Below are positions 51,113 through 63,629 of a stretch of DNA of 64,000 nucleotides, piece by piece. The position numbers were made by a program, and so were the translations under genes. The DNA is from Mobula hypostoma (Eukaryota): the NCBI RefSeq assembly GCF_963921235.1, contig NC_086118.1, positions 21,144,001 to 21,208,000 on the forward strand, in the 5' to 3' direction. Below the pieces are notes generated by a model, which was given only the letters and a program-made list of their open reading frames with translations, was not told where the DNA came from and ran no database searches. Each line of letters starts with the position of its first letter. Positions within the stretch are counted from its first letter, which is position 1.

Positions 51113-53345
51113 GGTGATTATCGTAAAAAGTGTTCCTACTAACTTCTACAAATTTCCATCTCTCTTATTTATCTCTCCGGCAGTCTTTATTAATGTATGA
51201 TCATGATACAATTAATCCTTCACTGATTTTCCAATGAAAACAACTTCTTAAAGCCAATTATACTACCCCTACTGCTACTGTGACATAGAACATTAAACTT
51301 GAGACCTGCCTGAGGCCTTAATTCCTCAATTACTCAATAGACAAACTTAAAGACTGCTCCAAGTCTTTTGTCCTAATAAGTTATTTTCAAAATTAATCTG
51401 TTTAACTGGTCAGCATGGATGACATAATCAAAATATTCCTCTGAATGGAAAGGTTGAATCCAATGCCAAGTATAAAATGCCATTGTGGGAGTTACAATGT
51501 CATAGTGTGTATATCCACAATATTTTACAGGGTGTATTAATAACAGGGCAATTTTCTTATGTTCCCACAACAATCAGCTCTTGAACAAAAAGGGGTAACT
51601 ACTCTCACTTGCTCATCCATTGAGGTGTTCACTTTAGGGACTCTTTATCTCATTACCTCCTGTTCTCATTATTTATTGCTATTTATTTATATTTGCATTT
51701 TAACGGTTTGTTTTCAGGGTCTTTCTGCACCCTGGTTGATCTTTCATTGATCACATTACAGTTAGTATTCTATAGATTTGTTGAGTTTGCCCGCAGGAAA
51801 ATGGATCTCAGAGTTTTATATACTTTGAAAATAAAATTTACTTTGAGCTTTGAACTTGGCCTCATTTACCCAAGATTTTCAGTTCAATGTGTATGGGACC
51901 TCTGAGGACACAGAATGAGTTTATGGGTTGCTGTTTGTTACTCAACACACATTTTTTTCCTTTGCCTTGAAGCCAACAAAGAACACACCAGCAACATGCA
52001 TAATAGACTGTAACTTCTCACTCTGCACTTTTGCCAAAGTTATACGTTTCAAATCCTGGACCATGAAAGTAAAATCATTCTGGAACCAATTAGAGTAAAA
52101 TTAGACAGGTCTGTTTGTGAGACGCCTGTCCTTTACCAGATCACTTACAGCACTTCAGCTTAGCTCCCTCACACAAATTTCTTGCCACAACTAGAGACAA
52201 CATTTCTGTAGGGCAGAGAGATTGTTCGGTTTACTCCTGCACCTGTTTCTTAACCTTTTTATCCAGGTTTTCACAGAACATGTGACTTGAAGACATAGTT
52301 CTTATTTTGATCTCAGTCTTTTCCAGCTGTAGCTGTACCACACCAAGTGTCTTTAAATATAGTTCAAGTTTGCACATGTATCCCATTTTCTACGCAGCCT
52401 GGTAAGTTTATAATATTAAGCATACTAATTTTAAATTCAAGCTACAGACAACCAAACAGGCTACACTTTATTTACAGTTTGTAAAGTTATCCCAGAAGTC
52501 GTGGTTACAGCTCATACTCTGGTAACCTCAAAGAGGCTACTTCAGAGTGTGGTTGCCCGTACTATAATCAGAAATTATTCTGTTAGACTGGAATACAAAA
52601 GAGCCTTTCTGTAAAGCAGCAAGCTACAACTATACAAAAAGAATGCCACTGTGAAGAAGTTTCAAATGATTTTTCCCCCCTATTTCAATGGACACAGTCC
52701 AAGCTATGTCTGTTGTCAGGAAACTTCACATAATGTCAACAGTATTGGGCTACTCACAGTACAAATAAATCATACCGCTACTTCTTTTCCACGGCAGTAG
52801 CACATGTAATAAAATACAAAGAAACTAAGAAATATCTTAAATTCCTTTCAAGACACCTAGCCACAGTCAGTCAGCTAATATACAGTACCCGTATATGGAT
52901 CTCTTAACCATGGTCTACTCCAGGGAGCTGTGCACATGAAGGAATATACGGAAATTGCACATAGGGCAAGAAGGCAGAGATGATATTAAGAATCACCCAT
53001 TATGCTATTAGTAAATGGTGGAGCAGGTTCATACGGTCGGCTCCAGCCCCTATTTCATGTTCTTGCAAGGGAGTGTAGCAGTTGGCGCAGTGCTTTACAG
53101 CAGCTAGCTGTGAAAATCGGAGATTGGTTGCCGTCATTGTCTGTAAGGAGTTTGTACGTTTCCCCTGGGAGCTCTGGTTTTCTTCCACATTCCAAAGATA
53201 CATGGTTAGGGTTAGTACATTGTGGGCATGCATAGCAACACTTGTGAACTGTCCCCCAGCACAATACTCGCTGATATGATTTGACACAAATAATGCATTT
53301 CCCTGGTGAACACAGCAGGCCAGGCAGCATCTCTAGGAAGAGGTA

Positions 53346-53383
53346 CAGTCGACGTTTCAGGCCCAGACCCTTCGTCAGGACTA
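53346..53383 (-). ncRNA. Minimal hammerhead ribozyme, core intact
   Basis: Minus strand UAGUC-CUGACGA-A-GGGUCUGGGCCU-GAAA-C-GUC^GACUG. Confidence 0.78.
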
Positions 53384-53712
53384 ACTGAAGGAAGAGTTAG
53401 TAAGAGATTTGAAAGTGGGAGGGCGAGATCCAAAATGATAGGAGAAGACAGGAGGGGGAGGGATGGAGCCAAGAGCTGGACAGGTGATTGGCAAAGGGGA
53501 TATGAGAGGATCACGGGACAGGAGGCCCGGGGAGAAATCCCCCCCCACTGTCTTTCTCCATGGGCCTCCTGTCCCGTGATCCTCTCATATCCCCTTTGCC
53601 AATCACCTGTCCAGCTCTTGGCTCCATCCCTCCCCCTCCTGTCTTCTCCTGTCATTTTGGATCTCCCCCTCCCCCTCCCACTTTCAAATCTCTTACTCAC
53701 TCTTCCTTCAGT

Positions 53713-53750
53713 TAGTCCTGACGAAGGGTCTCGGCCTGAAACGTCGACTG
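53713..53750 (+). ncRNA. Minimal hammerhead ribozyme, core intact
   Basis: CTGACGA at 53718-53724, GAAA at 53738-53741, GTC at 53743-53745; stem I tagtc/gactg. Confidence 0.8.
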
Positions 53751-54291
53751 CACCTCTTCCTAGAGATGCTGCCTGGCCTGCTGCGTTCACCAGCAACTTT
53801 GATGTGTGTTGCTTGAATTTCCAGCATCTGCAGAATTCCTGTTGTAATGCATTTCACTGTATGTTTTGATGTACGCGTGACAAAGCTAATCTTTTTAAAT
53901 TCAGGATGAAATTCTGGCGCATTAGTGATCAAATTAAATGTTAATTTATCTTTTAGCAATCACAGGATGGCTGCATGGTTTGTTGTTCAACCCTAATTCA
54001 CCTTGAGGAGACTGTGGGAACCGCCATCTTGATTTGTTGTAGACCCTGTGTTGAAATACTGCTCCCACTGTGCCTAACACTACCACTGAGTGGCTTGTTA
54101 GGTCATTTCACGAAGAGCCACTAATTGGCAGATGAGCATGGAGAGCAAAAATTATTCCCTAAAGGTCATTGGCTTTGCTTTGCCTAACAATCCACGTAGT
54201 CACTAGTCCTAAATTAACACTCCCACATCTCAATTGAATTTGCATTCGCATCTGCTATGGTGGGATTAGATTACATTTCCTAATCATTTAG

Positions 54292-54870
54292 GTCAGAATC
54301 AGAATGGGAATCATGTTTACTATGACGGGCATATGCCATAAATTTTGTGGTCTTTGCAGCAGCAGTACATTGTAATACATAATAGTAAAGGGAAAAAACT
54401 GTGAATTACATTATATATATTAAATAGTTAAATTAAGCAGTGCAAAAATAAAAATAAAAAAGTAGTGAGGTATTGTTCATGGGCTCAATGTCCATTCAGA
54501 AATCAGACAGCAGAGGGGAAGATGTTGTTCCTGAATCGTTGTGTGTGTGCCTTCAGGCTCCTGTGCCTTCTTCTTGATAGCAGCAATGAGAACAGGGCAT
54601 ATTCAGGGTGATTAGGATCGTTAATGGTGGACACCACCTTTTTGGGGTATTGCTCCTCGAAGATGTTCTGGATACGGTAGAGGTTAGTGCCCATGATGGA
54701 GCTTATAACTCTCTGCAGCTTATTTCCATCCTGCAGTAACCCTACCCCTATAACAGATGGTACTGCAGCCAGTTAGAATACTCTCCACAGCACATCTGTA
54801 GAAACTTGCGAGTGTCTCTGCTGACATACCAACTCTCCTCAAACTCCAAATGAAATATAGCCAATGTCTC
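54292..54870 (-). mobile_element. Rex1/Babar 3' fragment
   Basis: FYRCAVESILTGC and DPNHPEYALFSLL motifs. Confidence 0.8.
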
Positions 54871-55674
54871 TGGATTACGAGTTCAGTAATGTAATCATAA
54901 TACCACAGTAGCCCAGTGTGCTGTGGAATTAATGACACACCACAACTCCTAGAGTGTGGCTCTACATGGAGAACCCTCAATTAGTTACATAAAACAAAGA
55001 TAAAAATGAAATCTTTGGATAGTCTCCTGTATGTAACAATGCAGGATGTTTTTATTTCTCCAGAGCAAACAAAATTGGTAGAGCTGAAATGCTGTAGTCT
55101 AAAAATGTATTTCATTCCCGAGCACTTTATCATACACTGCAAACATTAAGCAAAGAAAATAAACACTAGAAGTCTTGGTCAAAAGTGGTTATGTTTTTAT
55201 TTCCAGAAGGAAAAATAAGCAGTTGAAAATGGTAGCCAGGCATCTGACTTTGTTTAAATTAAATGTGTTCTGACACAAGTAAAGAATTAGTGCATTTTAA
55301 AGCATGTCCATTCTTGACACAGCTTGCCATCCCATTGCATAGTCTAACTCCCTCCAGGACACCTCCGGAAACACCAGGTTGGAATTGTTCTTAGCAATCC
55401 ATCAACACTTACCCCAACAAAGCAGACAATTCATACTGAAACCTCTTTCTGATTAACTAAATCCAAACCCACTACAGTAAGTAGGATAGAGAGGCAATGC
55501 CTGTGTTCCAGTCTGCAGTGGTACAAAGATAGCATTGTTTTAGTTACAAGAAAGATGCTAACAGCTTTCCAAACAACCAACACAAAACTGCTGCTTCGTG
55601 TATGGGCAAAGTCTAAAATTGTTCGATTAACTATGTGAAGCTACAGTAATACTCAGCAACATGAGCATGAGATC

Positions 55675-55945
55675 CTTTATTGAGCTGCAATGCAGAATAA
55701 GCCCTTCTGGATTGCCTAGCGATCCCCCCAGTTTAATCTGAGCCTAATCATGGGAAAATTTACAATGACTGATTAACCTACCAACTGGTAAGTCTTTCGA
55801 CTGTGGGAGGAAAGCGAAGCACCCGGAGCAAACATACATAGTCACAGGGAGAAAGTACAAACACCTTACAGGCAGTGACAGGAACTGAACCCAGTTCACC
55901 TGTGCTGTAAAGTGTTGTGCAAATCACTACACTACTCTGCTGCCC
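55675..55945 (-). mobile_element. V-SINE (HE1-like)
   Basis: Similar to 21555-21850. Confidence 0.75.
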
Positions 55946-56313
55946 AAAATCTGTTAAGTATTTAATTTATTCAAAACAATAAACTAGTTTGAACCATAAT
56001 ATTAATCTCAGCACAGGTTTCCTCTACGTCTATCCACTGAGTGCCATGACTTCCGAATTTTCAGATGTAATGTTGAACTTTTCTCGGGCTGATCTTAATA
56101 TTAGCTTTGAAATGTTTCCTTTGACCACCAGGGACAACATGAGAATGACATCCACTATGCTTCAGAAAGCAAGTGGCAGCTACAAAAGGAGAGCTGAAGA
56201 CCCAACTACCAACCATGGCCACCACTTACTCTTGCGTGCACCGCACCAGAATATGTGGATCCTGCATCCCCTCTTCACCCCTTGAGAACCCACCAATAGA
56301 CAACGCCTTAGGA

Positions 56314-56395
56314 CAGGGGTTCCCAACCTTTTTTCATGCCATACAGCAACACCATTAAGCAAGGGGGTCCGAGGACCTCAGGTTGGGAACCCCTG
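56314..56395. mobile_element. hAT-type MITE, 82 bp
   Basis: Perfect 16-bp TIRs caggggttcccaacct / aggttgggaacccctg; 8-bp TSD ccttagga / ctttagga. Confidence 0.88.
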
Positions 56396-56667
56396 CTTTA
56401 GGAGAAGATCGTATTTGACTTGAGTGATCACAACACTAAATAAGTTTAGCCTCTAAATATAACAGTAGGAATGTGATACCAGGAAGCTAGAGTCTAAAGC
56501 AACTTTTCAACAGAGCTCTATATTGGATTATCCTTCTTTGCTCTCATTTTGTTTTGTACTAGTAGCTCCCTCAGAAATTTGCGTAGGGGATGCTGGCAGC
56601 CAACTGTACCCGTGCAGTGGTGTGGCTAGTAGACCTACAGTCTCACAACACCAGCGACTCTGGTACA

Positions 56668-57340
56668 ATAAGACCATAAAACATAGGAGCCCAATTAGGC
56701 CATTTGGCCCATTGAGTCTGCTCCGCCATTCAATTATGGCTGATCCTTTTGTTCCCTCCTCATCAGCCTCACTCGCTAGCCTTCTCCCTGTAACCTTTGA
56801 TGCCATGTCCAATCAAGGACCTTTCAAGCTCTGCCTTAAATACACCCAACGACCTGGCCTCAACAGCTTCCTGTGTAACAAATTCCACAAATTCACCACC
56901 CTCTGGCTAAAGAAATTTCTTCTCATCTCTGTTTTAAATGGACACCCCTCTATCCTGAGGCTGAGTCTGCTTGTCCTAGGCACCCCCACCACTGGAAACA
57001 TCCTTTCTACATCTACTCTGTCAAGGCCTTTCAACATTCAAAAAGGTTCAATGAGATACCACCCCCTCCGCCATCCTTCTAAATTCCAGCGAGTACAGAC
57101 CCAGAACTATCAGACGTTCCGCATATGATAACCCTTTCATTCCCGGAATCATCCTTGTGAACATCCTCTGGACCCTCTCCAATGCCAGCACATCTTTTCT
57201 AAGATAAGGAGCCCAAAACTGTTCACAATACTCAAGGTGAGGCCTCACCAGTGCCGTATAAAGCCTCAGCATCAGGTCCCTGCTCTTGTATTCTAGACCT
57301 CTTGAAATGAATGCTAACATTGCATTTACCTTCCTCCCAC
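56668..57340 (-). mobile_element. CR1 3' fragment
   Basis: VRPHLEYCEQFWAPYL and RNFFSQRVVNLWN motifs. Confidence 0.9.
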
Positions 57341-58379
57341 AATCCTGGCCACCAGTGCTATGTGTGTAGAGTTTGCATGTCTGTCTGCAATTGCAAGGGA
57401 TTTTTCTGTGTGCTCTGATTTCCTCCCACATCGCAAATATGTCTTGGTTGGTAAGTTCCAAATTGAAAGTACGTTTATTATCAAAGTATGTGTACATTCT
57501 GCCACCATGAGATTTGTGTCCTTACAGGCAGCTGCAAAACAAAGAAACCTCAAAAGACCCCATCAAAAAGAAAGACCGTCAAACACCCAATGCCCAGAAA
57601 GAGGGGGAAAAACAAATCATGCAAACAATAAAAGTAAGCAAATCGCTTCAGAACTGAATTTTTACGAAAGACACAAAGCCAAGCAGACTGCTTCTGGAGC
57701 AGGCAAAAGCCACAGTTCAGCACAAAACCGAGTAAACATTCTGAAACCACAGACGCAAAGCCAGGCATCACTGCAGCCAGCATCACGGTTCTGCGCGGAG
57801 CTGAGTGATCACTGTGGAGCATCGAGCAGAACGGGCAGAACCGGCCGTCGCCTTGCCTCTGGCCTGACACCCTAGCCTTTTCAATCAGGCCCAATGCTTA
57901 GATTGTCCAAATATCGTCCATTCCTCGCTCTCAGGGATGCCTCAACTCTGCTTTGGCCATTGCAAATAGCTCCCAATGTGTCAGCGCAAGCTGATAGGAA
58001 AGTGGCAAAAACAAAACACAGTTAGAGTCAATGGGGAACACCAAAAATGCTGGAGGTCAGGCAGCATCTATGGAGGGCAATAAGCAGTCGGCATTTCGTG
58101 CTGAGACTCTTCATCAGGACTGGAAATGAAGAGGGCAAAAGCCAGAATGAGAAGGTGAGGGGGGATGGAACAGGCTGCAGGCTGGCAGTTGACAGGTGTG
58201 ACCAGGTGAGGGAGAAGGAGGGTTGGTGTCGTTCTTCCATTTCATTGTTTATGGATGCTGAAAATATTAGAGAAAAGTTGCACTGAAAACTACTGAGGTA
58301 AGGGCTTTCATGGGGAATGCAAACCATTTCTGCTTCTTTATATGATGGTGTTTTTTGCAGTGTGGTGAATAAAAAGTAT

Positions 58380-58800
58380 CTTCTCCGTGGATTGTCACCT
58401 TGTCATGGTGGAGAAGCTTGTGTGGTCCTGTGATCCCGACAGCAATGCTGTCTGGAGCTATGCTCCTGGTAGGGTCACCCATGGCGGTAAGGTCGAGGGA
58501 GAGGTCCCTGACAAAGAACAATCCAACCAAGACCACAACAGAGGAACAGGCGGACAAAGTTATTTCGGACTCAATGGCTGTGAAGGCGGATGACGGCTGT
58601 AACAAATCCTTCAGCTCCAATCATTGTAGTTTCCATGCCATTGGAATCAGTTGGTTGATTTGTGAAGTATCGTTTGCTTCTTGGAGTGCAACATCAAGTA
58701 CACGTTAAACAAACACACGCACAGGCGTCTTCGCTCTGTGGGCCACTTCCTCAGAACGAAGCCCATCGTCCTCGACCTTGAGGGATAGCCACGATGACGT
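58380..58800 (+). mobile_element. Non-autonomous RTE derivative with an Expander/BovB-like 5' UTR fused to a short 3' end
   Basis: gtcaccttgtcatggtggag..ggtagggtcacccatggc..gacaaag; 11-bp TSD ataaaaagtat at 58369-58379 and 58801-58811. Confidence 0.78.
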
Positions 58801-59147
58801 ATAAAAAGTATGCTCAATCTTTCTTATTATCTTCAGACAGATTTCCTTTACGCAAAACAGTTGGATGGGTTGCTATGTCAGGAGGGCTGCAGAGATCTAC
58901 TCTCAGTGGCTGCTTTATTCGGTACAGGAGGTAGCTAATGAAGATGTCACTGAGTGCATTTCTGTATGTTTGTGGTCTTCTGCTTCAAGGTTCGATGTGT
59001 TGTGTACGTAGGGATGCTCTTCTGCAGACCGCTGTTGTAACGTGTGGATATTTGAGTTGCTGTCGCCTTTCAGTCAGCTTGAACCAGTCTGGCCATTCTC
59101 CTCTGACCTCTCTCATTAAGACATTTTGCCCACAGAACTGCCACTCA

Positions 59148-59340
59148 CTGGAGAAAAAAATATGAGGAGTCAGAGTAAGAAGGTGGGGGGGGGGAGGAGA
59201 GGAAGAAACCCCCATCTTCTTACTCTGACTCCTCATATTTTTTTCTCCAGTCATGATGAAGGGTCTCAGCCCAAAACATTGATGTTTACTCTTTTCTATA
59301 GATGCTGCCTGGCCTGTGAGTTCCTCCAGCATTTTGTGTG
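59148..59340. mobile_element. PLE pLTR with a fold-back upstream of a decayed hammerhead
   Basis: Inverted arms at about 59148-59185 and 59210-59251, followed by a pLTR tail. Confidence 0.75.
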
Positions 59341-59989
59341 ACCACTGAGCGTAGAAGGGCTACCTGTTGCATTAAGCAAGTTTGGAAAGAAGTTTCATGA
59401 AATGCACTCAAAGTGAACAAGCACAGATATTTAAAGAAAATAGTTTTCTTTGTCTACTTAGCACAAGTACATTTTACACAAGAAATATTGCAAGGTAGGT
59501 CCCTATCATCAAAAGATAATTGGTACATCAGCTTTTTTCAACTACATTCCTAAACATAAGGGATGCAGACTCAATTGACACTTCCAAACACCAGCTCAAA
59601 ACCTATTTATTTAACCTTGGTTTTAGGTAACATCTTTGTGTCTTTTATTTTCATGTTTATTTTTATTTTTATTCTATGTTTATGTTTGCACTTTATCCCA
59701 TTGTAAAGCACTTTGATCTACATCATCTGTATGAAAAGTGCTCTTTAAACAAGTTATTATTATGATTATATATGTATTTTAAATTGTGAGTTCATAAACA
59801 AGATGGAGATTCCATTTTCATTACAAGTTTGTCCCTATGTGTAGCTTGCACTTAAAACAAGCTGGTCGGACTTCAGTTCCACAATTTCTAGACATGCCAT
59901 TCTCTACCCTTATCTCACATTTACTCATGGAGTTAGCTAGGTGAGCTAAAACAAGTATTTTATTGTGCCATAAAGCAGTTCTAAATCTC

Positions 59990-60585
59990 CTACTATTTTA
60001 ACTCTAATCCCTATTCCCATTCCGACATGTCAGTCCATGGCTTCCTCTACTGCCGTAATGAAGCCAGCCTCGGGCTGGTGGAGCTACATCTCATTTTACG
60101 TCTGGGGAGCCTCCAAACTGATGGTATGAACATTGCTTTCTCAAACTTCTGGTGATTTTCCCCCTCCCCCTTCCCTCTTATTACATTTCTCACTCAGGCT
60201 CCCCTCTTAACTCTTCTCTTCTCCTCACTTGTCAGTCACCTCCCCTGGTGCCCCCGCCTTGTTCCCTTTCCCCCATGGTCCACTCTCCTCTCCTGTCCAA
60301 TTCCTTCCTCTTCAGCTCTTTACCTTTTTCATCTATCACCTCCCAGGTTCTTACTTCTCCCAATCACCTAGCTTCATCTATTACCTTTTTGCTTGTACTC
60401 CTTCTCATAGCCCCAACATCTTCTTCTGGTTTCTTCCTCCTTAGTCTCCTGTCCTGATGAAAGGTCTTGACCTGAAACGCCGACCGTTCATTCCTTTCCA
60501 TAGATGCTGCCTGACCTGCTGAGTTCCTCCAGCATTTTATGTGTGTTGCTCTGGATTTTCAGCATCTACAGAATCTCTCGTGTTT
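59990..60585 (+). mobile_element. PLE 3' end with a hammerhead variant at 60451-60484
   Basis: GIY-YIG C-terminus (HLILRLGSLQTDGMN); CTGATGA-A-AGGTCTTGACCT-GAAA-C-GCC, with the cleavage triplet mutated from GUC. Confidence 0.8.
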
Positions 60586-60649
60586 ATGATAATAATAGAA
60601 TGCTTTATGGTATTCATTGATGGCTCCTATGGTATGATGGTATTCATTA

Positions 60650-61099
60650 ATTCCATATGTCTATGAGAATAATCAGAGGAGCTCTAAAATCCACACCTGT
60701 CCAATGGCTGCCAACAATGAGAGGAATAGCATCTTCAGAGATCCGTAGAAGAGCAGCTTCAGCAAAACTCTGCAAGTGTACCCAAAATATGCCCAACAAC
60801 GTTCCAGTTCGCAAACTCATCGAAAATGCTCCTCCAACTTCCTGGCAGACCTCAAAAACCTTTCTACAACTTGAAGAACCTCGACTCCTATGAGGAACAA
60901 ACTGAACGGTGCCAATACTGGCACACGAACATGCTCCCCGGCGGAGATCTGATCGACTACCCGACCTCGCTCCTCCTGGGCTCTACCACAGCTACCAGAA
61001 AAGAATAGACAGCGCAAATAGACTCAGAAGTCAACATGGCAAGACAGCACAAACACTACACTGATGGGGCACCCGACAAACCCCAGCCTTCCCACGTGG
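60650..61099 (+). mobile_element. Vingi/ingi-like LINE 3' fragment, continuing at 63015-63175
   Basis: MRIIRGALKSTPVQWLP..IASSEIRR resembles the Vingi C-terminal region. Confidence 0.6.
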
Positions 61100-61110
61100 C
61101 AAAATAGCAC

Positions 61111-63014
61111 TACTTTATACTTTATACTTCATACTTTATTGTCGCCAAACAATTGATACTAGAACGTACAATCATTACAGCGATATCTGATTCTGCACTT
61201 CCCGCTCCCTGGATCACAAATATTAAATATTAAAAATATTTAAAATAGTAAAAATTAGTAAATATTAAAATTTTAAATTATAAATCATAAATAGAAAATA
61301 GAAAAATGGAAAGTAAGGTAGTGCAAAAAAACCGAGAGGCAGGTCCGGATATTTGGAGGGTACGGCCCAGATCCGGGTCAGGATCTGTTCAGCAGTCTTA
61401 TCACAGTTGGAAAGAAGCTGTTCCCAAATCTGGCCGTATGAGTTTTCAAGCTCCTGAGCCTTCTCCCGGAGGGAAGAGGGACGAAAAGTGTGTTGGCTGG
61501 GTGGGTCGTGTCCTTGATTATCCTGGCAGCACTGCTCCGACAGCGTGCGGTGTAAAGTGAGTCCAAGGATGGAAGATTGGTTTGTGTAACGTGCTGTGCC
61601 GTGTTCATGATCCTCTGCAGCTTCTTTTGGTCTTGGACAGGACAACTTCCATACCAGGTTGTGATGCACCCTAGAAGAATGCTTTCTATGGTGCATCTAT
61701 AAAAAATAGTGAGGGTTTTAGGGGACAGGCCAAATTTCTTTAGTTTTCTCAGGAAGTAAAGGCGCTGGTGGGCCTTCTTGGCAGTGAACTCTGCTTGGTT
61801 GGACCAAGTCAGGTCATTTGTGATATTGACCTCGAGGAACTTAAAGCTTTTGACCTGTTCCACTTGCGCACCACCGATGTAAATGGGGTCGTGCGGTCCG
61901 CTACTCCTTCTGAAGTCAACAACCAATTCCTTCGTCTTGCTGACGTTGAGGGATAGGTTATCGTCTTCGCACCATGCCACCAGGTTCTTAATTTCCTCTC
62001 TGTACTCAAACTCATCATTACCCGATATACGGCCTACAATTGTTGAGTCATTAGCAAACTTATACATTGAGTTTGATGGAAACTTGGCTACACAATCATG
62101 GGTGGACAGTGAGTACAGCAGGGGGCTGAGTACACAGCCTTGTGGGGCACTGGTGCTCAGAGTGATTGTAGAGGAGAGCCTGTCCCCTATTTTTACAGCC
62201 TGGGTCCTGTCTGTGAGGAGGTTGAAGATCCAGCTGCAGATATGAGTGCTAAGGCCCAGGTTCCGGAGCTTAGGAATCAGTTTATTTGGAATGATGGTAT
62301 TAAAGGCAGAGCTGTAGTCAATGAAAAGGAGCCTTACGTATGCATCTTTATTCTCCAGGTGTTCTAAGGAGGAATGTAGGGCCAGAGAAATGGCATCTGC
62401 CGTTGACCTGTTGCTCCGGTAGGCGAACTGCAAAGCGTCGGGGTTGACCGGTAGGCTGTGGTTGATGTGTGCCATAACCAATCTCTCGAAGCACTTCATA
62501 GCAATTGATGTCAGAGCCACAGGTTGATAGTCATTCAGGCATGCCATCTTGCTCTTCTTTGGCACTGGGATCATCGTTGCCTTCTTAAAACATGAGGGGA
62601 TCTTAGACTGAAGCAAGGAGCAGTTGAAGATGTCAGCAAACATTCCAGCTAGCTTGCTTGCACAGGCCCAGAGAACCCGTCCTGGGACGCCACCTGGGCC
62701 CGTCGCCTTCCTTGGATTTATCTTCAGGAAGGCCCTTCTAACGTCCTCCTCGGTGACGATGAATCTCGATGCCACCAGGTCTGGTTCATCCGGAGGGAGC
62801 AAGATGCTCCTCTTCTGTTCGAATCTTGCGTAGAATACGTTAAGTTCGTCAGGGAGAGAAGCGCCACAGTTATTGGTATTCCCAGCCTTTTCTTTGCACC
62901 CAGGGATCTCATTTAGACCCTGCCATAGTCTACAGGCATCCCTCTGGTTAGCCTGGGCTTCCAACTTGGCTCGATATTGCCTCTTGGCGCCCCTAATGGC
63001 TTTCCGGAGTTCAC
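61111..63014 (-). mobile_element. Young 5'-truncated Rex1/Babar LINE with an uninterrupted RT frame
   Basis: ORF 61378-63099 contains NDYQPVALT, LFIDYSSAFNTI, PQGCVLSP and KFAND (catalytic FADD changed to FAND); (tatactt)n tail. Confidence 0.93.
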
Positions 63015-63228
63015 ACACTACACTGATGGGGCGCCCGACAAACCCCAGCCTTCCCACGTGGTGCCCCAACCCAGGACGACATCCACCTAGTCCAAACATG
63101 CCCTCTTGTCAAGATCCGAGACGGCTTTGCCACAGTCCATTGATGCGGTCAGAAGCTGGAGGAGTGGCTTGACAAAAACTAATTAGAAATGTGAAGAGAA
63201 AAGCACCTGCCATATGAAACAACAAATT

Positions 63229-63447
63229 TATTTACCATGCCCATGGTTTGTTCTTTATCAAATTATGGTATTGCTTTGCACTGCTGTAACTATATGTTAT
63301 AGCTATGTGGTTCTGTCAGTGTTAGGCTTTGGTTTGTCTAGTTTTTTGTGATATCACTCCGGAGAAACATTGTATCATTTCTCAATGCATGTATGCATTT
63401 CTATATGACAATAAAAGAGGACTGAGTGTTCTCATAATCTAATCTAA
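63229..63447 (+). mobile_element. 3' part of the same non-autonomous element as 18160-18676
   Basis: Highly similar to about 18470-18680; (aatct)n tail. Confidence 0.75.
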
Positions 63448-63629
63448 TGGCTAGATAGAGTATATATGTTATTAGTTTAGTTATGAGGAATATTGGCATG
63501 GTTATTCAATGAAATAGAAGAAATATAGCAGGTGGATGTAGAGCAATATGATATGGGTAGTTTAGAAAACAGATTTTTTTTGACTTATGGAGAAGTCATG
63601 TTATGGACAGTTCCATATGAGGAATCCTT

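Larger units (their letters stand above)
53302..53844. mobile_element. Young PLE pLTR palindrome with arms of about 235 bp
   Basis: Arms 53303-53537 and 53553-53793 are near-perfect reverse complements; 11-bp TSD taatgcatttc at 53291-53301 and 53845-53855. Confidence 0.93.
53070..53900 (+). mobile_element. V-SINE split by a PLE fold-back insertion
   Basis: tRNA-like head and V-domain at 53070-53210; the tail resumes after 53845. Confidence 0.7.

Noticed and set aside
53212..53869. Near-identical proteins predicted on both strands
   Set aside because: An artefact of the DNA palindrome.
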